A stretch of 64,000 nt of DNA, taken from assembly GCA_033442325.1 (NCBI GenBank), contig JAWQFM010000013.1, positions 714,885-778,884 on the forward strand. Direction: 5' to 3'. The DNA is from Salpingoeca rosetta. Its lineage: Eukaryota; Protista; Choanoflagellata. This document shows, one piece after another, positions 32,755 to 50,100 of the stretch (positions are counted from its first letter, which is position 1; each line of letters opens with the position of its first letter). The position numbers were made by a program, and so were the translations under genes. The notes beneath the pieces were generated by a model. The model saw nothing but the letters and a program-made list of their open reading frames with translations. It was not told the DNA's origin and did not search any database.

Positions 32755-35715
32755 TATGGGAGGCGTGACGTACGGTAGTGCCTGGCGGGTAGACTTTGCT
32801 GGCCGCCTTTGTAAGGACGACCTCCTCCTCCTCCGTCCACTGGGCGGGCGGCTGCACAGCACACATACACACACGCACACACGACACAGCAGCAGTGGTG
32901 GTAGGTGGGCGGGGTGGGGGGCAAGAGTGAGGTGATAGAGGAACGTAAGCACTGGGACGAATGTACATGCACTGAGACCAAGTGTATGCAGCACCACCAC
33001 CAACGACAAGCATCCAATCGAGCACCATCAGCAGCAGTGTCGTCATGCTGTTGGGGTGTCTCACCTCGCTCTTTGCCTGCTTGACTTTGGCCATGCACTC
33101 CTTGATGCGTTCGACGCACTCCTTCTTCGTGCGGCCGGGAACAAGCTCGGCAATCTGCAAACACACGCGCGACAGACGGGCAGGGGCGGGGTGTTGGTTG
33201 AGAACAGATGCCATCACATCAGCTGGAACAACTGCATGAATGTAGAGCAGGGACAACACAACAAACAACTGAAACAGCAGCACCAACACCATCACCACTC
33301 AAGAGTGTGGGCGCACCTTATCCCAGCGGTCTGGGTCCGACTTTGGCACGGAGCGGATGGCCGTCTCGAGCACTTTCTGCTCGTCGTCAGACCACGGCTT
33401 GGGGCCCTGGGCATGAGATGATGAGGTGGTGAGGTTGTGATGATGGGTTGTGATGGGTTGTATTGAGGTGATGAGGTGGAGATAGGAAGTGGTTGGGAAA
33501 GGGAATTCTGAGCAACCAGTCATGAAAAGCACGCTTTCGTGCTTTCGTGTCGCTGGACAGTCATGGCAGGTACAATCACACCAGATCACGATGCAACACA
33601 CCTCCTCCTCTTCCTGTTCCTGCTCCTGCTCGTCGTCGTCATCATCGTCGCCTTCACCGCCGTTCAGCTTCTGCAGCTGCGCAAACACGGCCTTCTTGAA
33701 TGCGGCGTCCTCAGAGATGCTCGTCAGCGCCTTGATCCTGCACACACACACGCACACGCACGTAGCGAGGAGGGTGAGGCATAAACAATACAAGTGCACA
33801 CAACAGCACGTATACGCAACAGCACGCACGTAACAGCATGCATGTGTCTCCACAATCAACGCCATCCTCGATGATGACGACAACAAACAATTGCCATCAT
33901 CAATACGCAACATCTTCCTCTTCCCCTCTAACCCAGCTCCCACAGGCACGCATCGCTGGCAGCGCAGGTAACTCGGGTGTGGTGTGTGCACACGTACTCG
34001 TCTGCCTCAAGCGACTTCAGGGTCTCCATCTCGGCGCCCGTCACTACGCGCTTGCCGCCGACTTTGGGCGTCACAGAGGGGTTCTGGTCACGGTGGTAGC
34101 GACATGTTCATGATGATGTGCGTGTGCGTGTGTGTGGGGGGGGGGAGGGTGCAGGTGGAAGTTATGGTGATGGCGGCGTGAGTGGGATGATGAACACAAT
34201 TATGGGAGCATTGTGCAACGAACGTATCGAGGGCATTTCCCTCCACACGCAAACACAAATCTGACAGGACATGAGGCACACACCTCGGGGTCGTAGATGC
34301 CTGCGCGCTTGCACGCCTTTGTGATGGCGCGGCGCAGCTTCTTTGCTTGCTGTCAACATGGACGCATGTGCGCATAGGCCAGCCATGGTGGAACAGAATG
34401 AGGACACGTGTTCCATTTACACGCCAAGACGGGGACATCCAAAAACGGGCAAACATCGTTGCACACGCGTGTCAGAGCAAGATTGCGTGTGTACACATAC
34501 CTCCTTTGCCTTCTTCTCGTTTGCGCGAGCTTCCTCCTTTTCCTTCTTGCGCTGTTCCTCCTCCTCCAGGCGCTTCTGCCGCCGCTCCTGTCAACACACA
34601 CACACACACACACGCACACAAGCACACGCACAACAAAAATGTTAGTCAGCGTCGAAACAACAGAATTCAGCTCTGCCAACACCACTGCCATCACCACACA
34701 CCATCGCAGGAACAATAGGTGCTGACCTCAGCCGCTTGCTTCTTGCGCTCTTCACGAAGGCGCTTTGCATCCTCCTTCTCCTTCCGCTGGCGGGCAAGCT
34801 CCCTGCACACACACACGCACACGGGTGGATTAGAAAGAGACAACGGGAGCGTGGGTGTGGTGAGACACATGCAAGCCACTACAACCGCAACGCTGTGTCT
34901 AGCTCCAAACGACACAAATGCAAATTGGGTGCTCAGACGCATGTGCACGTGTGTGCACACCTCTTGATGCGTGGGTCGCATGCCTGGGCGTTGCTCACAA
35001 GCTTGCGGAGACGAGCAATCTCAGCCTTCTTCTTGCGCTTGCGAGCGTTCCTGGTGAGGAGTGAGGGAACGGGTGGTAGGAAGAGAGGGGGAAAGGAGGG
35101 AAAAGTTAGAGTGAGAGGATAAAGTATTGGATGAAAACACACATGCATGCAAGTGTGTGCACAATATAGCCCATGGTTCATGGTGGTTCACCGCACTTGT
35201 TCTGGCGCTCCATCCAGCGCTTCTCCTCACGGCACTCGGCGTCATCCAAGTTGTACTGCGCGTTGATAATGATGGTGATGGTGAGATGTTTGAATATACA
35301 CACGTGGACAGGCGCACACACAGGCAGGCGCATACGCAGACACGCACACGTACACACACACAGAGGCACAAACACAAATACACGAACACGTACACACACT
35401 TACACACACATATGCAAAACGCATCGGCAACTGACCTCGTCGTCATTGTAGCCAAACTCGCGCCAGGAGGTGCACGTGTTCCAAAACTCGTAAAAGGCGA
35501 CCACCTTCTTGTAGGGCGTGTCCATGGTGCCGAGCGAGGGCACGGGCTTCTCCACAACAAACTTGGCGTTGTGCTCAAAGACGGGCGCAAACACCTCGAT
35601 AAAGTCCTTGCGCTCCTTTGGCGGGAGAATGTCGGGGATGTCATCGTCAAAGTCGTCGACGGAATCGTACAGCCGCCGCATCTGCTCGTTGCACAGCAGC
35701 TCGTATGCTGCACGC

Positions 35716-35791
<76 letters not shown>

Positions 35792-36999
35792 CGTACAAAG
35801 AGTGCTTGTTTGTTTGGTGGTAGAGGCGTACTTGTGGAAGTGACATTGTAGCGTGGCCGTGGAGGTCAAGCGGCAATGAGCCAACACATCAAAAAGGAGG
35901 AGCAACAATCCAGCGCGCGTACCCTTTTGGATGCGGCTGAAGTACTCGTCGGCCTTCTTCATCTCCGCCGGCGGCAGGTCGCCCTTCTTGTCGGGGTGGT
36001 GCTTCAGCACCATCTTGCGGTCTACCGCGTCCATCATCAGCGCATCACATACAGATTGTGAGCGGCACGGAAAGCATGTGAACGCAATTGACACTACAGT
36101 TACATGCAATTCCTTCCACACACCCGCCAACTGCATTTCACGCTGTCTCGCATCACGCGTGTGAACGACTCACATGCGCGCTTGATGTCGTCCTGGGTGG
36201 CCTGCCACCGCTTGTCTTGCAGGCCGAGAAGCGCGTAGTGGTCTTGGTCCTGAGGATAATTGGGCAAGGCACACACAAACAGAGAAGACGAAGCGTGAGT
36301 TCAGCAGCAGAATGACTGGAGCAGAGACCTGACCCGCAACAATCAAACAAAACGCCAACACACCGCCCACGTACGCGGGTACACACACCTTCCACTCGCC
36401 GAGGATGTTGACGTAGGTATCTGCGGAGGAGCCGTCATCGTTGCCATCATCCGCTAAACGGATGAAGGGTAAGAAGGAGGTAGAGGATAGGCAAGGGAGC
36501 GGAGGAGGGAGAGACGTGAGCAAAGCAAGGGTGAGATGACATGGACATTTCGTCCACGAGTTTGAGGAAGGCACCTTCCCGACACATGAAGCAAGTGCAC
36601 ACAAGCGGCAGCATTGCAGTGCCTTACAGTTGTCATCGTCGCTGTCGTTCTTGCTCTTGCCGCCATCATCGTCAGCCGTGGGGGCAAAGGGGACGCTGAG
36701 CAGGCGGCGGTGGCTGTACTGCTCAAACCACTTGCCGACCGTCTGAATCTCCACACGAATCAGGTCTGCACAAACACAACAACGAGACAGGCAGGCAGTA
36801 ATGCACGTGTGTGATGTCATGGACGGGTTGTGAGAAGAGGCATATGGCGAGCACACAAAACGGAAAAAAGACAGCAAGGAATAGACAGCTGATACGCTGT
36901 CATGCTGATGCGCCCAACGCCGTGACTGCATCACGCGTCTCACACAGCCGCCATACCGGAGAGGCTGTCGACTGTCTTGCAGACATCATCAGCTGGCAT
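32280..36999 (-). CDS. DNAJC2: DnaJ homolog subfamily C member 2 (zuotin/MPP11) with SANT domains; 3' end apparently truncated
   Basis: EWK-DQDHYALLGL, RKMVLKHHPDKK (HPD), RRLYDSVD, FYEFW..SWREF, REEKRWMERQN, LRKLVSNA..DPRIK, and two SANT repeats. ATG at 36999. Confidence 0.93.
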
Positions 37000-37431
37000 G
37001 TCCTCCGGCAAGGGAGGCATCACCAGCACGTCGCTGCTCGTCACTGTGGCCATGGTCGTCGGTCTGTCTGTCAATCAATCTGTTCGCGTGCGTGCGTGCG
37101 TGCGTGCGTGTGCGTGCGTGTGTGCGTGACTGTTGATGAGTGCGTGTGTGCCGTGCGGCCTCGTGTGTGCGCTTGCTTTTTGCACGTGGTTGAAAGGCAA
37201 AATTGCGCGCCAGCCCCAAAGGCAAATTTGACTTTGGGCTGAAATCCACTGACAACCACTGACAAAAGAACGTTGCCATTGATGAAGTGAGCGAGTGAGT
37301 GAGATACATCAAGCGACGACTGCGTGAAGCACGATCGAAACAGCCAAGAAGCAAGCAAGAGGACCTGACACTGTCTTAACCACTGAACTAACAACCACTT
37401 GGAGGACAACATCGTGTGTGTGTGTGCCAAG

Positions 37432-41151
<3,720 letters not shown>

Positions 41152-41195
41152 GTGAGTCCACCACAGCGTGGCTTGTGTGTGCGTGCGTGCGTGTG

Positions 41196-41255
<60 letters not shown>

Positions 41256-41278
41256 CCCGTGTGCTGTGTGTGCGTGCG

Positions 41279-41514
41279 ACTACACGACGACCTCTGAATG
41301 ATGACGTGCTACCATCAGTGAGTCGGGCGTCAATGACCCTTGCTGTGCGTTTCTTCTCACGTTGCAACCAATTTGCCGAACGTATGTGTGTGTCTTGCAA
41401 CAGATGCGCAGCATGACCTTTTGGTCCAACGCCATTGCACAGACAGCACCGGGCGATGGCGACGCAGACAAGTACATCTTCAACTCCAAACTGGGCGTTC
41501 CCACCACCGCTTAA
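41279..41514 (+). CDS. Orphan 3' exons of an unidentified gene
   Basis: ..TTRRPLNDDVLPS|GTGAG intron, then AG|MRSMTFWSNAIAQTAPGDGDADKYIFNSKLGVPTTA*. Not CAP-like and out of phase with the CAP donor. Confidence 0.35.
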
Positions 41515-41652
41515 ACACACACACACATCCACAACACACACATCCACAAGCACACACGCACACACACACAAGCACACACGCACACACACGCACACACACA
41601 CGCACACACACACACACACACACATCCACAACACACACACACACATCCACAA

Positions 41653-41730
<78 letters not shown>

Positions 41731-42077
41731 CGTCATCGTGGCGTGCGGTGTGTTTTCGTTATGTTTTCCATTAAAATTCTGCGGCGTCAAACGCGCAAGG
41801 AAAGGGGTGTGTGTGGTGTTTTGTTTGTTGTTGTGTGTTGGTTGAAGAGACAAGCAAGACACACGCAGTGCTGCCCACCAGCCATTACCGATCTGCCTTG
41901 GGCACCACCCATCACCACCTCCCCAAATTGTTGGTGTTCCCGCGAGGGGACGGTCACAGGAAGGGGCAAAGAAGAGAGACGGAGGAAACCAGCAGTGTTG
42001 TACAAGCGTACTTCACCCACCGTCACAGCCCCTCAACCCACGCTATCGACTTCAAAATCAGCGTGCTGACGCAAGCC

Positions 42078-43522
42078 ATGCATGCGCCACGATCATCGCG
42101 ATCGTGTTGGCGCAGCGACAAACCCCGGCAGCCCCATGGCAATGACACCAACAACAGCACCAACAAGAACAGCAAGAGGAGCAACAGGACTGCTGTCCAC
42201 CGTGCCCGAGTTGCGCCCACAGGAGTCCTTGTGATTGCTTTCCTCTGCCTGCTTTCCATGAGCTGCCAAGAAGGTGAGACGCGCGTTTCATTCCCTTGTT
42301 TGTGTTGTTTTTGACTGTCGAGTTCGGAGGTGAGGCGGTTGCTCACACGTCTCTGCCCTCACTCCGTGTGCCCTCTACCTTGCGCTTGCCCTGCAGTGTC
42401 AGCGCAGTGCACGACAACCTGTGAAGCAGGAGAGAAGTGCGTCGGTTCAGATTGCGCCGAGTGTGACCCAGGTACAGCATGAACATAAAACATACAATAT
42501 CGTGGTTTGAGGTGTTTGGGGTGACATTGCATCTTCTCGGCGCTTCCAAGTCCGCTCCCTAAAAGCAACTACACCCACCACTGCCCCCTTCTCACTATGT
42601 CGCTACACTGGGCGTGCGTGCTGGTTGCTTATTTCTGCTCCAGGCACATTTCAAGATGCAAACGACCATATGCAGACCACGTGCAAGACATGCATGAACG
42701 CCTACCAGCCAAACTCCGGTCAAGCAGGTGTGTGTGTGTGTGTGTGTGTGTGTCTGTGTGTGTGTGTGTGTGTGCTCTGCTGTGCTGTGCCACCCTGCGC
42801 TGAAAGCATGATTGCACTCACCCCATCCCCGCACACACACTCACACATCTGCAAACCGCTTCATGCTTGTAGGTTGCATTGAGTTTGCGTCATGTGGCCG
42901 AGGCAAGAAGTTTGTGACTGGCACAACCACGACACCTTCCACATGTGCAAACTGCGATGCAGGTACACCACGAGTGTCCTGTCGGTGCATGCTCTCCTTA
43001 GCTCCTTTGGTGTGCCTGATTGCCAGACATGCTGCATCACAGTCAAGAGTGCTTCTGTATGCTGTTCAGCGCCTTCACTTCACCCCCACTTCATTCAACC
43101 CATTCTCCCATTCCCCACCCACCTACCTGGTCGTTGCATGCAGGTACATATCAGGATCAAAGCGGTCATTTTGATCCAGACTGCAAACCGTGCACGGGAA
43201 ACACGTTCACAGACCAGCCGGGACAACAAGGTCTGTGTGTGGTGTGTGTCTGTGAATGTGTGAATGTGTGTGTGAATATGTGCTTTTGTGTGCGTGTGTG
43301 CGACTGTCCATCCGCACAGTTGCTCACCTCGAGTGTTCATCCAGTGACTTTGCTTCCTTACGCTTCCCGCTCCTTCTTCTTACCTCTCCGCCTCCCCTCA
43401 CCTCCCCACGTGTCCATGCACGTTGACAGGCTGCTCGGCGTGGTCGTCGTGCAATCAGGGCCAGAAGTGGGCAGCGGGTTCAGCCGATGCAGACGCAACA
43501 TGCTCAAGCTGCACTCCAGGTT

Positions 43523-43596
<74 letters not shown>

Positions 43597-44080
43597 CAGC
43601 ACCATGGTATGCTTCATTGCTTGTCTTCATCTGCCATGGATGGCATGACATGTGCCCCTTGTCTTCACCATCATCACCACCACCACAACTCCTGCCAGGC
43701 ACGTACCAAAATGAGTTCAGCCACCAGCACACATCGTGTAAGGGCTGTGGAGCTGGAACGTTCCAAAGCGGACACGGCGCCTCAGGTCAGCCACCCACAC
43801 ATGTGCACGTCTTTGCTGGTGATTTCCTCCACCTTGGCGTGTCGTTTCTTTGTGCAATCAACAAACGGAGCACCATTGTCTTCTCATTCGCGTGTGTGTA
43901 TAAGTGTCTTTCGTGCACTCACTTGCTTCCACTGCCCCTTTTCTTGCGTCAAACAGGTTGCGACGACTGGAAGACATGTGGAAAAGGCAAAAAGTGGGCG
44001 ACTGGAACGTCCACAACGGATGCAACGTGCTCGCCTTGCGGATCATGTAAGCAATAGGGATCAGGAGGCGAAGCGGCGTG

Positions 44081-44130
<50 letters not shown>

Positions 44131-47100
44131 CAGAGGAGCTCCTTTGCCTGCACATACTCTTCCTGTCACGTTCTCACCCCACTCCCTCCTCACTCACTCC
44201 CTCCTCCCTCACTCACACTCATTCACCTCATGTGCAGTTCACTACCAGTCCAAGTCTTCGCACAAGGACACCTCGTGTACCTCGTGGTCCACGTGTGGGC
44301 CGGGGTATGAGGTGACCGTCGAACCGACAGCCAGCAACGACCGCTTGTGTGCAATGTGCGATTACGGGCACTACCAGGATGGCACGAACCAGCAGGACTG
44401 CAAGCCGTGTGACCCTGGCCAGCACCAAGATGAGCGCGGGCAAATAGAGTGCAAGGCGTGCGGTGCTGGCAAATATCAGAAGAGCTCTGGCCAAAAGGGT
44501 ATGCGCAATGGATGTTCAGGCCCTTGCGTTTGCTCTGCCCTTATGTGCTGTGCTGTTGGCGTGCATGGGGGTGGTGATGGTGGCACTGCATCTCAGCCCA
44601 TGCAACCATGGTTCTGCAAATACAATTACACACACACACACACACGTACACTAACAATGTCTCTCACGTGCTTTGGCTGTCGCGTATCAACTATGTGCAC
44701 GACAGATTGCATTGCTTACAGCACGTGCGATCGGGGAGAGCGCTGGGTCAGCGGAACGAAGACAAAGGACTCGTCCTGCAGGAGCTGCGATATCGGTGAG
44801 TTGGCTCGGCCATTGCGATAATGAGACAAAATAAATGCATGTGCGGCATTTTCGAGGGTGCTGGTGCATAGTTGCTGTGACGCCGTGCAGCTGCTGCTCC
44901 ACTCACTCTGATACACACCACACAACACACAACGCGATTGTTGCACGTCTGTGCCACCGCAGGCAAGTACCAGAACTTCCTCAACCACCAGCGCACATCG
45001 TGCAAGACGTGCCCTGATGGGAAGTACCAGCTGAACACGGGGCGTGGTAGCTGCCCAGACTGCACCACATGCGAGGACGGGTTCGAGGAGGTGCTGCCTT
45101 GCACACCAACATCCGACCGCACATGCGAAGGTGTGGGGTGCGATGTTGTGCATGGAAGGCATTGTTTGTGCAATGACACGTGGGGTTGTTGAAAGCACAC
45201 ATATGAAGAGGACTGGTGACTGTGACTTGCGCCTGCTTGCACTGAAGCTGTCGCCGCCCAGCTTCACATCTGACTGCATCCTCAAACACACACACACGGG
45301 ATCATGCTGCAGACAACGACCCGCCCACCATCGTGCTGCGGCGGCCAGACAACAACGCCGTCATCACAAACACGTACACAGTTGAGGCTGGGCTGCCTTT
45401 TGATCCCCCGATCTTCACGGCAACAGACACGGCGGCCGGTACCGTCACAAAGACGCCACCACCCAACCTCGGCGATATTGACACGAGTGAGTGCGTGAAT
45501 GCCGTGAATAGATGTGGTGCCCTTCTGGGTGCGGTTGATCACTCGCTTCTTGGTTTGCACTGCATCTTGTTGCATCTTGTTCTCACACGGATCTTACCTC
45601 ACACACACACACAATGCACACACACACACACATACACACACGAACACATACACACACACATACACACGCACACACATACACACACACAATACGCATACTA
45701 CACCACACGCACAGGCACCGTGCGGTCTGACCAGATGCTGACGTACAAGGCGACGGATGCGAACATGAACACGGCAACACGCACCATCACCGTGGTAGTC
45801 GTGGACACGACAGGGCCCGCCATCACATTTGACCCTGCAGTGCTGCAGCTGGAGGCCGGGGAGGAGGTGATGCGCAGCAACTTCACGGTCGGCGTTTCCA
45901 TCGTGGACCGCGTGGACGGAACACTGGGCATCGACCTGCTGGAATACGATGCCAGCGACGTGAACGTGAACACGCTGGGCATGTACGAGGTGGTGTACAC
46001 GCTGTCTGCACCCGACTCGAACGACAACGAGGCGCCGCCCACCACACGCACAGCAGCCGTCGTCGACACCCTTCCCCCAGTGAGTGTGTCTGTCTATATG
46101 TGTGTGTGTGTGTGTGCCTGTGTGTCTGTGTGTCTGTATGTGTGGGTGCGTGCATGTGTGTGTACATGAGTGTGTTTTTATTGTGTTGCGTGCCTTCATC
46201 TATGTGGACACTCACTTCCCTCCTTGCCTCCGAGTCTCCTTACCTCCGAGTCTCCTCGCCTCTCATTCAACTCTTTTGTCTGTTCACTTCCTCACCAATC
46301 CCTGTCACACATTGCCAACCAATCACAGGTCATCACCATTGGTTTTGGCGACCGCAACGTGTCGGAACACAACGTGGTTATCCACGAGGCGGCAACAGAG
46401 TTTATCTTGCCGAGCCAGTCTGCATTTGATACATTCGACACCGCTGTCAATGGCGGTGACGTGCGACGCAACGAAGAGCCGGTGGGTAGTCGCTCTTTTA
46501 CCCTTGTACCTGTGTCTTCCTTGTCGCTGCTATGTCTTGACCACGTCATGCACCATTCCATCGCTTCCATTTCTCCCACTTCTCACTCCCCGTCTCACAC
46601 ACCCTTTCTCCTCACCCTCACATTCCCCCGTCTCACACACCCTTTCTCCTCACCCTCACATTCCCCCGTCTCACACACACTTTCTCCTCACCCTCACATT
46701 CCCCCCCCACACCCACACACACACCCCCCTGTTCGCAGACCTTCAACTCGGTTGTGGACGACGACACGCAGTTCACGTTCACGTACACGGCGACGGATGC
46801 GTCGGACAACACGGCGATGGTGGTGTATGTGATTGAGGTGCGGGACACGATGGCGCCAACCATCACCATCAGCGGCGAGCACAACATCACGCACGAGGCC
46901 GGGACGGAATATGTCGATGCGGGAGCAACGGCAACGGACCTGCTGGAGGATGCGATTGGGCGCGGGGTGGAGGTGGTGGTCGCCAACAACGTGTTGAGCA
47001 AGCCGCCGTCTGTGCCCGCGGTGTTCACGGTGGAGTACGACGCGTGCGACAAGGCCGGCAACTGCGACGCCATCAACCGCACCGTGCACGTGCTGGACCG

Positions 47101-50100
47101 CACGGCCCCGAGCATCGAGCTCATTGGCGACGCGCTGCTGGTGGTGGAGGCCGGCAGCAACTTCAGCGACATCGACCCTGGCGTGACGCTGGCTGATCTG
47201 TACTACGACAACGCCGACCTGACGCTGGTGATTGACGATGGCGGGTACGAGGCGGCGCCAACCGCCACCCCGGTCTCCTTCAACGTCACATACACGGTGA
47301 CAGACCCGTCCCGCAACACGGCCAGCGTCACGCGCACCATCACCATCATCGACACAACGCCGCCAGACCTACGTGTCAACGGGAACCTGAGCGTGACGGT
47401 TGGCGACGGCGTGACGTGGGTTGAGCCGGGCATTGCACGTGCATACGACATTGTTGACCGCGATGTGCGATCGCGTGTGGTGGCGACGACGCAGCTTGAG
47501 GAGGCCGGCGTCGTTGTTCCCACCATGTGCGCGTATTCGTCTGCGCGCGCGTTTGTGCCGCCGCTGTCGCCGCGCGTGTGGTCTTCACCTCGAATGGACG
47601 CGGTGGAGTCGAGGGCGCCAAGCGGCACCGTGTACCGCATCAACTACACGGTGGCGGACGCAGCGAGCAACGTGGCGTTTGTGGAGCGCGTGGTGCGGGT
47701 TGCAGACCCGACGCCACCCTCGCTGCAGCTGCTTGGGGATCGGGTGCAGGCGCTTGAGTACGGCCCAGATGCGGCGTTTGTTGAGGCGGACGGCGGCGCG
47801 CCGACGCCCACGACGGCGACCTGAGCGGGGATGTGTGCGTTGGCGTGAGCATTGTGACGCGCGACGCGAGCGGTGTTGTTGCGCCAGGCGACGTTGGCGG
47901 TATTGGCGAAGATGCCATCAACTACGTCCTCTCGCTTGCTCGCAACGCATCCACAACAACAGCACCACGTCCCACCACTTCCACCGCTGCCACAACTCCG
48001 ATGAACGCAGACACAAGCAACAGCAGCAACAGCAGCAGCACAGCGACAACGACTACTGCAGCTGGGACGACAGCTGCGGACATGTTTGGGCTGGACGCTG
48101 CTGTGGCGTCGGCGGAGGTGGGCACGGTGTATGTGCTGCAGTACAGCGTGCACGACCGGGCGGGCAACGCCGCTGTCGGTGTGCAGCGGGCGGTGGTGGT
48201 GGTGGACACGACGCCGCCCGAGGTGACGCTGTATGGCGCGGAGGAGGTGCACGTGCTGTATGCGACACGGTATGTGGAGGCCGGGTACAGCGCACAGGAT
48301 GTGCACGACGGCAACGTGACGTTGCAGGTGGTGGTGAGTGGGGCCGAAGCGATTGACGTGCACGTGGCGGGGACGTACGAGGTTGAGTACGCGGTGACGG
48401 ATGCGAACGGCAACACGGGTGTCGCGGTGCGGACGGTGGTGGTTGAGGCGCTGATGCGACCGGAGCGGGCGGACCAGGTGGTGGAGCTGGTGCTTGCAGG
48501 CACGGCGGAGTCCATCTTTGGCGGCGACGTGCAGCAGCTGGAGCGCGACCTGGAGGAGGCGCTGAATGTGGACTTTGTGGTGGTGTTTCTCGTCTACGAC
48601 AAAGCCCTCGGTCGCCCCACCACCGACATCAACACAGTCCCACAGCAACAACAAGGGAGGAAGAGAAGGAGAAGCAGCGGTGGCAGCAGCCGTGACAGCG
48701 ACAACAACGACAACAACTACAGCGACTCCGACAACGCTTGGATCCGTGGACGGCGTGGGCTGTTGGCGCAGCCATCGACGGTGGTTGAGTTTGGGGTTCG
48801 CAACGGCACCAGCTTGGAGTGGGTCCCTGCGGAAGGTGTTGCTGCGACCTTGACTGAAATTCGCCGTGCTGGCTCGTCGTCCTTGCCCATCAGCTCTGCG
48901 CGCTCCACGGGCGATGAAGCGGAGGCCGGGCTCCCGCTCCCCATCATCATCGGTGCTGCAGCAGGCGGCATTGTTCTCATTGTGCTCATTGCTGTCCTCG
49001 TGTCGCGTCGTCGGCGCTCGAAAGCGGCGCCAGCGTCCATATCTGGGGGCATGTTTCCCTTCCAGCACTCAGGGACGTTTCAGGAGAGCATTTACACTGT
49101 GGCTGGCGAGGGCGCGACGGTGCCCATGCAAGAAATCAATTTTGGCAAGCAGCGCGCCGCGCAGCAGAGCTACAACCACAACCACAGCCAGTACCCGCCA
49201 CCACCACCCACAAACGGCGGAGATTTGTACGGCACGCCAACGAACCTTCCTGTTGTGAACGGCATGGTGGATGGGCAGGTGTCGGAGTCAAGCCTGTACC
49301 ACGTGCCAGGCCACCCCGAGGAGGTGCTGGCAGGACGCAAGACGCTGGTGCTGCAGCAAGGGGTGAACGGCGGGTTGCCAGGCGCCGTGTCCACAGATGG
49401 CGATGGCGAATTGTACGATACACCGCGCAGCAAGCCCCGTGTGCCGGACAAAGCAGGCAGCATGCGTGGTGCCCCTGTCACTGCTGATGACTACTACGGC
49501 AGCTTGGTGCACCCTGGCCAGCGCAACCATGCCATGAGCAATGCCGGTGCTGGTGCTGGAACGGATGTGGACGGTCAGGACATGTACGATGTGCCCCGCA
49601 ACAAGCCTCGCGTGCCAGAGAAGTCAGCAAGCATCCGCAAAGCCGCGGAGGCGTTGGGTGACGACTACTACGGCAGCCTCATGCATCCTGACCAGCAAAA
49701 CGGCAGCATGAGCAATGCTAGTGTTGGTGGTGTTGGTGGTGAAATGTACGATGTGCCTCGCAGCAAGCCGCGCGTGCCTGAGAAATCAGCAAGCATTCGT
49801 GGCACGGTCACAGCTGATGACTTTTATGGCAGCCTGGTGCACCCTGGTCAGCGAAGCAGCAGCGTGAACAACGCTGATGGCAATGGTAACGGCGATGACG
49901 GTGATATGTACGACGTGCCTCGCAACAACCCACGTGTGCCCTCGCGAGCACAGGCTGCCACAGCAACAGCGTCCGTAGCAGAATCAGGTGTGGACGATCA
50001 GGAAATGTACGATGTGCCTCGATCAGCACCCCGTCTTCCGGAGAGAACAGCAACCATGACGTCACGTGCCACCATCAGCGGCGATGGGGCCGAGCAACCG

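Noticed and set aside
41404-41514. PGDGDADKYIFN as the missing NMT C-terminus (GDG.L.YY.YN)
   Set aside because: Only a loose resemblance; it lacks the KFG prefix and terminal GLVL motif and lies beyond two other genes.
46586-46705. Short direct repeats as a CRISPR-like array
   Set aside because: Head-to-tail with no unique spacers, intronic, eukaryotic context, no cas genes.
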